A stretch of 64,000 nucleotides of DNA from Chthoniobacterales bacterium. GTDB taxonomy: Bacteria; Verrucomicrobiota; Verrucomicrobiia; Chthoniobacterales; UBA6821. Position 1 is the stretch's first letter. Every line of letters begins with the position of its first letter. Under the pieces are notes generated by a model. It was given only the letters and a program-made list of their open reading frames with translations. It ran no database searches and was not told the origin of the DNA. The stretch covers positions 10,456-74,455 of the forward strand of contig JAIEQL010000007.1 of assembly GCA_019747735.1 (NCBI GenBank). Reading direction: 5' to 3'. The translations under genes and the position numbers were made by a program. Shown piece by piece: positions 34,414 through 43,206 of this stretch.

Positions 34414-35227
34414 TTCCCCAAAGAGTCATGCTGTGCTCTGCAGCTAGTGATTTTAAGGCCTCTTTTTCTAAAAGTAATGTTCGTCCAGCTTCCATGGCAA
34501 TGAGTCTGATTCCCGCTTGGGAAGCGACTTCTAATGTTTTCTTTCCAATCACAGGAACATCAAAACGCATATCGTGATGCGGTTTGGAAACCTTCACCAT
34601 ACATGACTTTCCTTGTCCCAAGGCGCCTCCGCGTTTGATGGTTTCATCAGTGCCTTCAAATCCTTCCACAGCCAGCACCGTGCCGCGTTTGACGATGACC
34701 GTTTGACCAATATCGAGACGACTGACTTCTTTGGCAATGCGCCACCCAAAAGCAATCTCCTCGAGGGCTCGAGAGCTTGGTTTAGGACCGGCGATCAGCC
34801 CTGGCGAGGCAAGGTTCTTTTCTAAAAAAGTAGTTGCAGGCAACAGTGTCACTCCGTTTTTTGAAAGCTCTGCTGCGATGGTGGAGAAGAGCGTTTCGGC
34901 GTTACGTTCTTTTAAAGTCGCTAGCAGGAACAATGCTTTCAAATCGGGGCGCAGATTAAAAAGATTTTTAGGAGCAATCTGTCCCGCCATGATTCCATGG
35001 GCGGCGCCACTCTTGCGAGCTGCCTGTAAGAGGCGTCCTATTTGCCCAACGCGCATCCAAACGATTTCATCAACGTGATTAGCAAGCTCAGGATTCGTTT
35101 CCCCTTCAAAAGCGGCAATACTAATTTTTTTTACACCAGCAGCTCGTGCTTCTTTGGCAATCAGGAAAGGATAAGTGCCATTTCCGGCAATTAAAAATAG
35201 AGCTGAGAGAGGAAGGGTGGGTGTCAT
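34400..35227 (-). CDS. lpxI: UDP-2,3-diacylglucosamine pyrophosphatase LpxI (DUF1009)
   Basis: RLDIGQTVIVKRGTVLAVEGFEGTDETIKRG and DVPVIGKKT blocks match the Caulobacter LpxI pattern. Confidence 0.8.
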   Translation of the reverse strand: MTPTLPLSALFLIAGNGTYPFLIAKEARAAGVKKISIAAFEGETNPELANHVDEIVWMRVGQIGRLLQAARKSGAAHGIMAGQIAPKNLFNLRPDLKALFLLATLKERNAETLFSTIAAELSKNGVTLLPATTFLEKNLASPGLIAGPKPSSRALEEIAFGWRIAKEVSRLDIGQTVIVKRGTVLAVEGFEGTDETIKRGGALGQGKSCMVKVSKPHHDMRFDVPVIGKKTLEVASQAGIRLIAMEAGRTLLLEKEALKSLAAEHSMTLWGIDEK

Positions 35228-35315
35228 GCAAAATTATTTATCTGAAACAAAGTATCATCAATCGATTTACTTTCAAAAAAGAAGTTAGTTGATCGAAAAT
35301 GAAAAATGGAAAAAT

Positions 35316-35448
35316 GGGGTCAGGGTTCGAATATGGACTGATTTTAAATCAAAGTTAAGATAATCAAATTTCAAATCTTTGAGATTTTACATATTCGATA
35401 AGCTGCAATGGCAATTATTAAATTATTTTTTGTCCATATTCGAACCCC
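35316..35448. repeat. inverted-repeat element beginning with GGGGTCAG (PE-B-related)
   Basis: ggggtcagggttcgaatatggac (35316-35338) pairs with gtccatattcgaacccc (35432-35448). The IR core is 16 bp and the centre is AT-rich. Confidence 0.75.
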
Positions 35449-35491
35449 AATCTGGCAGTACCCTAATTATTTTATTTATTCCTTTCCTAAC

Positions 35492-35520
35492 TTGATTACA
35501 TTTTCTCTTTTTTCTATTCT
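35492..35520 (+). promoter_or_regulatory. sigma70-like promoter of TA pair 1 (TTGATT-17-TATTCT), probably leaderless
   Basis: -35 at 35492-35497, a 17-nt spacer and -10 at 35515-35520. The ATG is only 6 nt after the -10. Confidence 0.5.
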
Positions 35521-35526
35521 CGCAGC

Positions 35527-35712
35527 ATGAGCGTCCTTGAAGTCATTGAAGAAATTCCAAAATATTCAAAAAGCGATCTGCAGCTCTTGCATGCTTCTAT
35601 TGAAGACTTTCTCGAAGAGGCTCAAGATTACATAGAGGTAAAAGAGGCTTTAGCAGAGGATCGTAGTAAGTGGAAAACATTAGAAGAATGGATGAAGGAA
35701 CGTAATCTGTGA
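35527..35712 (+). CDS. putative antitoxin (61 aa)
   Basis: Small acidic protein directly upstream of, and overlapping, the RelE-family toxin gene (GTGA overlap). Confidence 0.6.
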   Translation: MSVLEVIEEIPKYSKSDLQLLHASIEDFLEEAQDYIEVKEALAEDRSKWKTLEEWMKERNL

Positions 35713-35975
35713 AATGGCGTATTGTTATTTCTTCTCATGCACAGAAGCAACTTTCTAAAGTTGGCAGATCTGTAGAAATAGAGATTTCTCATTATTTAAA
35801 AACCCGCTTAGCAACAGCCGAAGACCCTTGTCGCTTTGGTAAGCCGCTTAGTGGCAAGCTTTCTGGGTTGTGGCGTTATCGAGTTAGAGATTATAGGGTG
35901 ATTTGTGAAATCCAAAATCATGAGTTGATCATCTTAGTAGTGAGAGTAGGACATCGGCGTGAAATTTATCATTAG
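35709..35975 (+). CDS. relE: RelE/ParE-family type II toxin
   Basis: 88 aa. ...LSGLWRYRVRDYRVICEIQNHELIILVVRVGHRREIY is the classic RelE/StbE C-terminal pattern. Confidence 0.85.
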   Translation: MKWRIVISSHAQKQLSKVGRSVEIEISHYLKTRLATAEDPCRFGKPLSGKLSGLWRYRVRDYRVICEIQNHELIILVVRVGHRREIYH

Positions 35976-36101
35976 TCACTCTTGTCCAAAATAAGAATCA
36001 ATAACAGAAGTAGGAGAGCAAGTGGGCAGCGATCGTAGCAATAAAAAGCATTTCTTATTTCAAATTAAAAAATTGTTTTTGGACAGCTATGTTAAAAAAT
36101 C

Positions 36102-36842
36102 ATGAAACAGCCCTCCATTCAAAATATCTATGATGATCCTGATTTTTTTTCAGGGTATAAAAAGCTGCGGCAAAATAACCAAGGTTTTAATGATGAGATT
36201 GAGCAGAAAGCTATTCGATCCCTGTTGCCCAATCTTGAAGGGGCGAGCGTCTTAGACATTGGGTGTGGTTTTGGTAATTTCTGTTATTTTTTATCCACTC
36301 AAAAAATTAAGGAGGTCATAGGCCTCGATCCTTCTCAGAAGATGATTGCTGAAGCGAAGCGGCTGCATTCCAATAATCTTATTACCTATCAATGCTGCCC
36401 TATAGAAACCGCTTCTTTTTCTTCCAATCAATTTGACTTGGTGGTCTCTTCTGTGGCACTTCACTATGTGGAAGATTATGCAGCTATCGTTAAAAAAGTA
36501 GCTCACTGGCTCAAGCCGAATGGCTATTTGATATTTTCTGTGGAGCATCCCATTTGTACGGCTAATCCGCTATGCCGTTCTTTAAAAGATAAAGAGAATA
36601 CGGAGGTTTTTCCTCTCTACAATTATCGCGATGAAGGACGCTTTCATCAAACATGGTTTATCGACAACGTGCAAAAATACCATCGTACGCTCTCAACCAC
36701 CATCAACACGTTACTGCAGCATCAATTTTCACTTTGTTCTATTTTAGAACCCATGCCTACTGATGAACTTATTGAAGAAAGACCTGCCTTTGCCGTTCAT
36801 AAAATCAGGCCTCCTTTATTGATCATCAAGGCACAGAAATAG
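36102..36842 (+). CDS. class I SAM-dependent methyltransferase
   Basis: Motif I VLDIGCGFGNFC and a Methyltransf_11-like layout. Confidence 0.8.
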   Translation: MKQPSIQNIYDDPDFFSGYKKLRQNNQGFNDEIEQKAIRSLLPNLEGASVLDIGCGFGNFCYFLSTQKIKEVIGLDPSQKMIAEAKRLHSNNLITYQCCPIETASFSSNQFDLVVSSVALHYVEDYAAIVKKVAHWLKPNGYLIFSVEHPICTANPLCRSLKDKENTEVFPLYNYRDEGRFHQTWFIDNVQKYHRTLSTTINTLLQHQFSLCSILEPMPTDELIEERPAFAVHKIRPPLLIIKAQK

Positions 36843-36896
36843 AAAAAAGTCGCTCTAGGCCAACGTTTTTACTTCTGCTATGTCAACACTCATAAA

Positions 36897-37226
36897 CTAT
36901 TCTTTCCAATTCCAAGGTTGAGGTATTTTTGCTTTTGATCTTGAGGCCCGCTGGCGTTGCTGGCGCTGAAGTTGAACTTGTGTCATAGGGCTTATTGTTT
37001 CCGCTGGAAAAAGAGATCGGAAAGCCTCGAGTAGTTCTAAGCTTCTTAAAATTCTCATGAAGCCTGCAAGCTGTATGGAAGAACCACGCTCAAGGCGCTC
37101 TAAGGTGCTTTTGGAAACTCCTGCCTGCACGCTTAGGTCGCGCTGTGTCCAATTTTTTTGAAGGCGAAGAGAAGTGATTTTGTGACCAAGTTCTTGTAAA
37201 ATAAGATCGTCAGTAGAGCTTTTCAT
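36897..37226 (-). CDS. XRE-family HTH regulator, HipB/y4mF-like, no partner gene adjacent
   Basis: HTH LRLQKNWTQRDLSVQAGVSKSTLERLERG followed by IQLAGFMRILRSLELL. Basic tail ending PQPWNWKE. Confidence 0.75.
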   Translation of the reverse strand: MKSSTDDLILQELGHKITSLRLQKNWTQRDLSVQAGVSKSTLERLERGSSIQLAGFMRILRSLELLEAFRSLFPAETISPMTQVQLQRQQRQRASRSKAKIPQPWNWKE

Positions 37227-37565
37227 AATTCTTCAAAAATGCTAAATTAAGTTCTAAAATAAGGCTTAATTCGTCATTAAGCAAGAATAAAATTGGAAAA
37301 AAAGTAAAAGATAAAGAGTGAAGAGGCACTTGACGGTGGTTCGCAGTTCGTGGTTGAAGGTACTTATCTTTGGCAAAAAAAATTAAAATAAAGCGAAGCT
37401 AAAGCAACTCAAACTTTTCAACCTTCAGCCTATCTAGCTTTTTCAAAAAATAATTTGAACAAAATTGCGAGTGAGGTGCTTTTTTCTTTGTGTTTTTTTT
37501 AATTATTATGATAAAAATTAGGAGCTTGCTTTATCACCCCTTAACCCGAACCATAAACAAACAAT

Positions 37566-38291
37566 ATGACTAAAATAAAATTATTAACTTGCCTTTGTGC
37601 AATGTTCGCTATCGTGAGCGCTGCCTTTGGAGAGCCCGCCCAACAGCCTCTTTTTACTCAAGAAGAGACACCTCAATTACAACAGAAAAATAGTCTATGC
37701 CTCTACCAAAGTTTTACTGAACGTGATGCAGGGACTCTTATTGCCGTTCCTCAAAATCAAGGAATATCAATTTCTCTTGCGGTGAGCGAGGGTTCTGATT
37801 TTGATGAAATCTGGGAATTTGTAGACACTCATACTGCTTCTTATGATTCAAAAGAGCTAGTACCTATTACGACTAACGGAGATGGCAAGCTGAGATTGCA
37901 GCGGAAAGCAGAAGTTTTTTCTCTTCATCATACATATGACTTTGATTTCGTGTATAACAATTACTCTCCTATTGAAGAACCAGAAACCACAACGCTTGTC
38001 TTTAAGCATACAAAATTGAGTAATCCTTCTGTAGTGGAGACAATTCAATACACCATTACCATTCTTCCTCCAGATAAGTCTCTTGATGTGGATATTCTTG
38101 CTTTGGAAAAAGCCAGGATGGAGCTTATGGAAAAAATAAGCAAATTTGATCAGGAGCTTCAGAATTCGAAAAACATACATATGAAAATTATGGGAGAACC
38201 TATTACTCTAAGTACAAAGACTGAGAAAAGCAGCCGCCACGTGCCTTTTTCCACACGAGGAGAACTGAAGAGCACTCTTATCATTCACTAA
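37566..38291 (+). CDS. hypothetical secreted protein (241 aa)
   Basis: Signal peptide MTKIKLLTCLCAMFAIVSAAFG. AT-rich. A strong terminator follows. No family recognised. Confidence 0.6.
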   Translation: MTKIKLLTCLCAMFAIVSAAFGEPAQQPLFTQEETPQLQQKNSLCLYQSFTERDAGTLIAVPQNQGISISLAVSEGSDFDEIWEFVDTHTASYDSKELVPITTNGDGKLRLQRKAEVFSLHHTYDFDFVYNNYSPIEEPETTTLVFKHTKLSNPSVVETIQYTITILPPDKSLDVDILALEKARMELMEKISKFDQELQNSKNIHMKIMGEPITLSTKTEKSSRHVPFSTRGELKSTLIIH

Positions 38292-38337
38292 TCAATAGTA
38301 TTTTTCGGAGATAGTTTTTTATTTCTCTAAAAATTTG

Positions 38338-38372
38338 ATAGCAGCGCTCCTCGGAGTGCTGCTATTTTTTTT
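38338..38372 (+). terminator. rho-independent terminator
   Basis: atagcagcgctc-ctcg-gagtgctgctat stem (one G:U pair on the plus-strand RNA) followed by T8. Confidence 0.8.
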
Positions 38373-38484
38373 GTCCTATTTTGAAAAAGATCCTTATGGT
38401 GAAGGCTCATGGTAGCGCGAAGAGACTTGGAACTTTTTTGCTTCGCGAAGCATGCTCTTCACTCTTTACACTTCACTTTTCCTT

Positions 38485-39555
38485 ATGAATGTTCCCATCA
38501 AACTTTTTATTCCCGGCCCTGTTCATGTTTCACCAAAAACATGGGCTGCTTTTTCCACACCACTTATTGGACATAGAAGCCAAGATTTTCAAAAACTTTA
38601 CGCGACCTGCCAACCTAGGCTCCAAGAGCTTTTTGGAACGATACGACCCGTTTATATTTCTACCTCTTCTGCATGGGGCGTGATGGAAGGTGCCTTGCGT
38701 AATTTAGTAAAAGGGAAGGTCCTCAACTGCATGAATGGTGCCTTTTCGGACAAATGGTTTGATGTGGCCCAGCGTTGTGGCTACGAGGCTGAGAAGCTCC
38801 AAGTCCCTTGGGGAGAGCCGATCCAGCCCGCTGTGTTAAAGGCGCGTTTGGAGCAAGGTGGGATTGATCTGGTCACTCTTATTCATAACGAAACTTCGAC
38901 CGGTGTCTTAAGCCCATTACAAGAGCTTGCGGAGGTGATGAGGCAATTTCCCGATGTTCTGTTTGTGGTCGATACGGTCTCTTCTTTTTCTACCATGCCC
39001 ATTCCGATGGAGGAGCTTGGGATAGATGTGATGCTCACTGGCTGCCAAAAGGCACTGGCACTTCCTCCGGGGATGGCTCTTTTCTCAGTTTCAGAAAAAG
39101 CGATGGCTCGTGCTGCCGAAGTGAAGGGAAGGGGATACTATTTTGATTTTCTTGAGTTTCAAAAAAACCATGAAAGCAACATGACTCCTAGCACACCTTC
39201 GATTTCTCATATTTATGCCCTGGCTTCCAAGCTAGATGACATCTTTGAGGAAGGTATTGCCAAGCGCTATGAGCGCCACGCCGCTACCAATCAGCTTGTG
39301 CACGCATGGGTGAAGGAGCGCGGCTTTGATTTTTTTGCACCAGAAGGATATCGCTCGTTAAGCCTAACGTGTGTGAAAAACAATCGGGAGGTGGACGTTG
39401 CTGCTTGGATTGCACGCCTTAAAGAAAAGCATCACTGCGTCATTGATGGGGGTTATGGCCCTCTCAAGGGAAAAACATTTCGCATTTCCAATATGGGAGA
39501 TGAGACGGAGGAGACTATTGCGGAGTTGTTAGGATGGTTAGATGAGACGCTCTGA
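38485..39555 (+). CDS. class V pyridoxal-phosphate aminotransferase (serine-pyruvate / alanine-glyoxylate / phosphoserine type)
   Basis: MNVPIKLFIPGPVHVS N-terminus and the PLP-lysine context TGCQKALALPPG. The ATG at 38485 is preferred. Confidence 0.8.
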   Translation: MNVPIKLFIPGPVHVSPKTWAAFSTPLIGHRSQDFQKLYATCQPRLQELFGTIRPVYISTSSAWGVMEGALRNLVKGKVLNCMNGAFSDKWFDVAQRCGYEAEKLQVPWGEPIQPAVLKARLEQGGIDLVTLIHNETSTGVLSPLQELAEVMRQFPDVLFVVDTVSSFSTMPIPMEELGIDVMLTGCQKALALPPGMALFSVSEKAMARAAEVKGRGYYFDFLEFQKNHESNMTPSTPSISHIYALASKLDDIFEEGIAKRYERHAATNQLVHAWVKERGFDFFAPEGYRSLSLTCVKNNREVDVAAWIARLKEKHHCVIDGGYGPLKGKTFRISNMGDETEETIAELLGWLDETL

Positions 39556-39737
39556 TGAGTGAAGGTAATTGCTCATCTCTTTCTGGAGATAGGCATAGTT
39601 CTCAGTTGTCAGTTCTCAGTAAATTTAGATCGTTAATCAGTCTAAAAAAGAGGCTCAAATTATTGTGAAGCTATTTTTTGGCGTTTTTCTCTGTGACGCC
39701 AGTACTGACAACTTTATTGCTCGAGTGAACCTTTTTA

Positions 39738-39766
39738 TTGACATGCTTGTTTCTCAATGCTATAGC
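39738..39766 (+). promoter_or_regulatory. sigma70 consensus-like promoter of TA pair 2 (TTGACA-17-TATAGC), probably leaderless
   Basis: -35 at 39738-39743, a 17-nt spacer and -10 at 39761-39766. The ATG at 39774 is 7 nt after the -10. The track ORF start at 39738 is the TTG of the -35 box. Confidence 0.55.
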
Positions 39767-39773
39767 CCAAAGC

Positions 39774-39989
39774 ATGACCACATTACTATCTCCCTCTCAA
39801 AAAATAAAAAAGCAAAAGCCCTTTGCATACGATCGCTTTCTGGAAGAGCAGGCAGAGGCAGTGTTGATTGAAGAAACGCCCGAACTCCTAGCCGCAATTG
39901 ATGAAGGGTTAGAGTCTTTAAAACGTGAAGGAAGTGTCCCTTTCGAGGTTGTAAAAGCTCAATTGCAAAAAAAATGGGATACTCTTTAG
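39774..39989 (+). CDS. putative ParD-like antitoxin (71 aa)
   Basis: Small ORF overlapping the ParE-like toxin gene by 16 nt. Acidic helical C-terminus. Confidence 0.6.
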   Translation: MTTLLSPSQKIKKQKPFAYDRFLEEQAEAVLIEETPELLAAIDEGLESLKREGSVPFEVVKAQLQKKWDTL

Positions 39990-40270
39990 GTTTTGCTCCC
40001 CAAGCTATCCAGGACCTCGATCAAATAGTCACTTATATTTCTTATTCTAATCCTCCCGCAGCAATTCGTTTAAAAAAAGCGCTTCTTAGTAAAATAGAAC
40101 TGTTTAAAGTTGCTCCAGAAATGGGAGTTGCCGTAAGGCGACGGCAAGATATTCGCTATCTTGTTCATCCTTCTTATCTCATTTTTTATTATGTGGATTA
40201 TGGCTTAAAAAGGGCAGAGGTTCTTCGTTTTTTGCACGGAGCGAGAAACATTGAAAAAATAGCATTTTAA
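39974..40270 (+). CDS. parE: ParE/RelE-family type II toxin
   Basis: 98 aa. FAPQAIQDLDQIVTYIS...IRYLVHPSYLIFYYVDYGLKRAEVLRFLHGARN is the ParE plasmid-stabilisation pattern. Confidence 0.8.
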   Translation: MGYSLGFAPQAIQDLDQIVTYISYSNPPAAIRLKKALLSKIELFKVAPEMGVAVRRRQDIRYLVHPSYLIFYYVDYGLKRAEVLRFLHGARNIEKIAF

Positions 40271-40338
40271 TTTGTTCGCGTGCATTAGAGCTTCTCGCTT
40301 GCCCCTACAGCCTCCAGCCTCTAGCCTACACCTTCCTT

Positions 40339-43071
40339 ATGAGCCGCTATCGAGATACCGTTCTTCTACCTAAAACAGCTTTTCCCATGAGGGCAGGCCT
40401 TGCTACGCGAGAGCCCCAGTTGCTTGCTCATTGGGAAAAAGAAAATCTCTACACGCAGATTCAGCAAGCTCGGAGGGGTGCTTCTCGCTATGTGTTGCAT
40501 GATGGTCCTCCTTTTGCTAATGGGCATGTCCATATGGGGACAGCTCTAAACAAGGTATTGAAGGATTTAGTGATAAAATCCAAAACCATGTCTGGTTTTC
40601 AAGCGCCCTATGTCCCTGGGTGGGATTGTCACGGGTTGCCGATTGAATATAGAGTGGTCAAAACCTCTGCTGGTCTCACGCCAGTACAAGTGCGCGAGCA
40701 GTCTGAGGCGTATGCACGCAAGTTTATTGACATCCAGCGCGAGGAGTTTCGTCGTCTTGGGGTTTTTGGAGAGTGGGATAATCCGTACCTCACCCTCGAT
40801 CCTGCTTATGAAGCTACTGTGATCCGTTCTTTTGGACGGATGGTGGAAGAAGGACTTGTCTATCAAAATAAAAAACCAGTCCATTGGAGCACTGGTGCCC
40901 AAACGGCTCTGGCAGAGGCTGAGATTGAGTATCAAGAAAAAACTTCGCCAGCAATCTATGTTGCTTTTCCTTTTGCAAAAGATCAGCTAGCTATTTCTGA
41001 TGGTGTATCAGCTTTGATTTGGACCACGACGCCTTGGACTCTGCCTGCCAATGTTGCCATCGCAGTACAAGCAGAGGCAACTTATGTGGTGCTTCACGCC
41101 AAAAGCCGTAGCAATCCTGCTTTAGAAGGAAACTACTTAGTCGCAGAGGCTCTTGTAGAGAGCGTTTGCGAAGCATGTGATTTAGAAAAAATTGCTCTTG
41201 GTCCCACTTTTTTTGGTCGTGAACTAGAAGAAAAAGTAGTACAGCATCCTTTTTTACCACGAACAGCTACGCTCTTTTGTGGTGATTTTGTCACCCTCGA
41301 TACAGGTACTGGACTCGTTCACATTGCTCCTGGTCATGGAGAAGATGATTATGCTTTAGGTCTTAAAAAAGGATTGCCAATTTTATCTCCTGTTGATGAT
41401 GCTGGGTGCCTCACCCAAGAGTGTGGTGTGCCAGCGCTCGTTGGCATGAATGTGTTTCAAGCCAACCCTCTGATTATTGAGCTGCTAGATAAAAAAAGGT
41501 TGCTTCTTGGAAACCGCGAATATCGCCATAGCTATCCTCATTGCTGGCGTTCCAAAACACCGATCCTCTTTCGTGCGGTGGAACAATTTTTTATCAATGT
41601 TAGCAAACTCCGTGAAGCTGCACTCAAGGCCGTGGACGCAGTTTCTTGGATTCCTGGATGGGGTAAGAGCCGTATTAGCGCTGGAGTCGATCGTCTTGAT
41701 TGGTGCATTTCGCGCCAACGTTCTTGGGGAGTGCCGCTCCCTGTTTTCTATGATTCGGACAAAAAGCCGATACTTGATCCAGTGCTTATTGCAAAGATTG
41801 CGGATATTTTTGAAAAAGAAGGGTCCAATAGTTGGTTCACTTGGGATGACGCTACTTGGTGTCAGCGCCTCCGAAAGCCAGAGGGCTCCTTGCATCGGTC
41901 CTCACTTGACATTCTCGATGTCTGGATTGAAAGCGGAGTGAGCCATGAAGCGGTTTTGCGAACACGACCTGATTTGCACTTTCCTGCAGATCTTTATCTT
42001 GAAGCCACTGATCAACATCGTGGGTGGTTTCAATCTTCGCTGATGACATCGGTAGCCCTCAATAAAGTGGCTCCCTACAAAACCGTCCTCACTCATGGTT
42101 TTGTGGTCGATGTCGATACGCGTCAAAAAATTTCAAAATCAAATCAAGGTGCTGCTGGATATCAAAAACCAACAGAGGCTACTCATTTCATTAAGACCTA
42201 CGGGGCAGATATTATAAGGCTTTGGGCCAGTAGTATTCAATTTACCGATGAGGTGCCTTTTTCTGAAGAAATTTTTGCCCGTGTGACCGATTCCTATCGG
42301 CGTTTGCGCAACACACTTAGGATCTTACTGGGAAATATTCATGATTATGATCCGGCTTCTCAACCAGCGCCAAAACTCACTGGCGTGGATGAGTGGATTT
42401 TAGGGCGCTTGCAAGAAGTCGTGAATGTTTGCAGGAAAGCTTACGACGAATTGGCCTTCCAACGCGTCTATCATACGATCACTCAGTTTTGCACCGTCGA
42501 TTTGAGTAGTCATTACATCGATGCGACTAAGGATCGTCTTTACTGCGATGAACCTTCCTCGCCAAGACGTCGTGCTACGCAGGCTACGATGGCTCGCATT
42601 TTTGAAACCATCGTGAAACTCCTAGCGCCGATCTTAGTCTTTACCTCAGAAGAGGCTTGGAGCTATTTCCGTCCAGGGAGTTCCGTTCATTTGGAACTTT
42701 TTCCTGAGGCCGCTCCTGTGGCAACAAGCCTCTTAGAGCATTATGAAAAACTCTTTGCTTTACGTGCTCAGGTTTCTCAAGCCTTAGAACAAGCCCAACG
42801 CGATAGTGTCATTGCCAACCCACTGGAAGCGATTGTGCGTGTGACAACTCCTGATCACGATCTTGTAAAGAACGTGGCTACTCCTGAGCAACTGGCCGAA
42901 GTTGAAGAGCTCTTTATTTTGAGCCATCTGGAGATTGTGGAAGGCCCAGAAAAAATCGTTATTGAAAAAAATGCTGCTGAAAAATGTGAGCGCTGCTGGC
43001 GCCATCGTGAGGATGTGGGGATTCATAGTGAACATTCAACGCTTTGTGCTCGGTGCGCGGAGGTGATTTAG
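40339..43071 (+). CDS. ileS: isoleucine--tRNA ligase (type 1, C-terminal zinc finger)
   Basis: HIGH region PFANGHVHMGTAL, KMSKS-like KISKS, CP1 editing domain and C-terminal CERCWRH...CARC. Confidence 0.95.
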   Translation: MSRYRDTVLLPKTAFPMRAGLATREPQLLAHWEKENLYTQIQQARRGASRYVLHDGPPFANGHVHMGTALNKVLKDLVIKSKTMSGFQAPYVPGWDCHGLPIEYRVVKTSAGLTPVQVREQSEAYARKFIDIQREEFRRLGVFGEWDNPYLTLDPAYEATVIRSFGRMVEEGLVYQNKKPVHWSTGAQTALAEAEIEYQEKTSPAIYVAFPFAKDQLAISDGVSALIWTTTPWTLPANVAIAVQAEATYVVLHAKSRSNPALEGNYLVAEALVESVCEACDLEKIALGPTFFGRELEEKVVQHPFLPRTATLFCGDFVTLDTGTGLVHIAPGHGEDDYALGLKKGLPILSPVDDAGCLTQECGVPALVGMNVFQANPLIIELLDKKRLLLGNREYRHSYPHCWRSKTPILFRAVEQFFINVSKLREAALKAVDAVSWIPGWGKSRISAGVDRLDWCISRQRSWGVPLPVFYDSDKKPILDPVLIAKIADIFEKEGSNSWFTWDDATWCQRLRKPEGSLHRSSLDILDVWIESGVSHEAVLRTRPDLHFPADLYLEATDQHRGWFQSSLMTSVALNKVAPYKTVLTHGFVVDVDTRQKISKSNQGAAGYQKPTEATHFIKTYGADIIRLWASSIQFTDEVPFSEEIFARVTDSYRRLRNTLRILLGNIHDYDPASQPAPKLTGVDEWILGRLQEVVNVCRKAYDELAFQRVYHTITQFCTVDLSSHYIDATKDRLYCDEPSSPRRRATQATMARIFETIVKLLAPILVFTSEEAWSYFRPGSSVHLELFPEAAPVATSLLEHYEKLFALRAQVSQALEQAQRDSVIANPLEAIVRVTTPDHDLVKNVATPEQLAEVEELFILSHLEIVEGPEKIVIEKNAAEKCERCWRHREDVGIHSEHSTLCARCAEVI

Positions 43072-43206
43072 GCTACGAGTTGCAAAGGGTGCTGAAAAAT
43101 AAATGCTAAAGATTGTTATCAAAACTCATTTTCCTAACTGGATCCCTGCCTTCGCAGGGATGCGGCTAACTTCGTAGTGGCACTTCAACTTTTACCTTTA
43201 ACTTTT

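Noticed and set aside
35316-35448. tRNA-like GGTTCGAAT strings (ggggtcagggttcgaatatggac / gtccatattcgaacccc)
   Set aside because: No acceptor, D or anticodon arms can be drawn. The two strings are simply the arms of an inverted repeat. No tRNA was found anywhere in the window.
36102-36842. Methyltransferase next to a RelE toxin as part of a restriction-modification or defence system
   Set aside because: The sequence looks like a small-molecule class I (Methyltransf_11-type) enzyme with no DNA-methylase motifs (no DPPY/NPPY or PCQ). No nuclease partner is adjacent.
39665-39871. 68-aa ORF 39665..39871 and the TTG-initiated 39738 start of the antitoxin ORF
   Set aside because: They overlap a consensus -35/-10 promoter (the TTG is part of TTGACA) and an inverted repeat. 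The ATG at 39774 gives a sensible 71-aa antitoxin.
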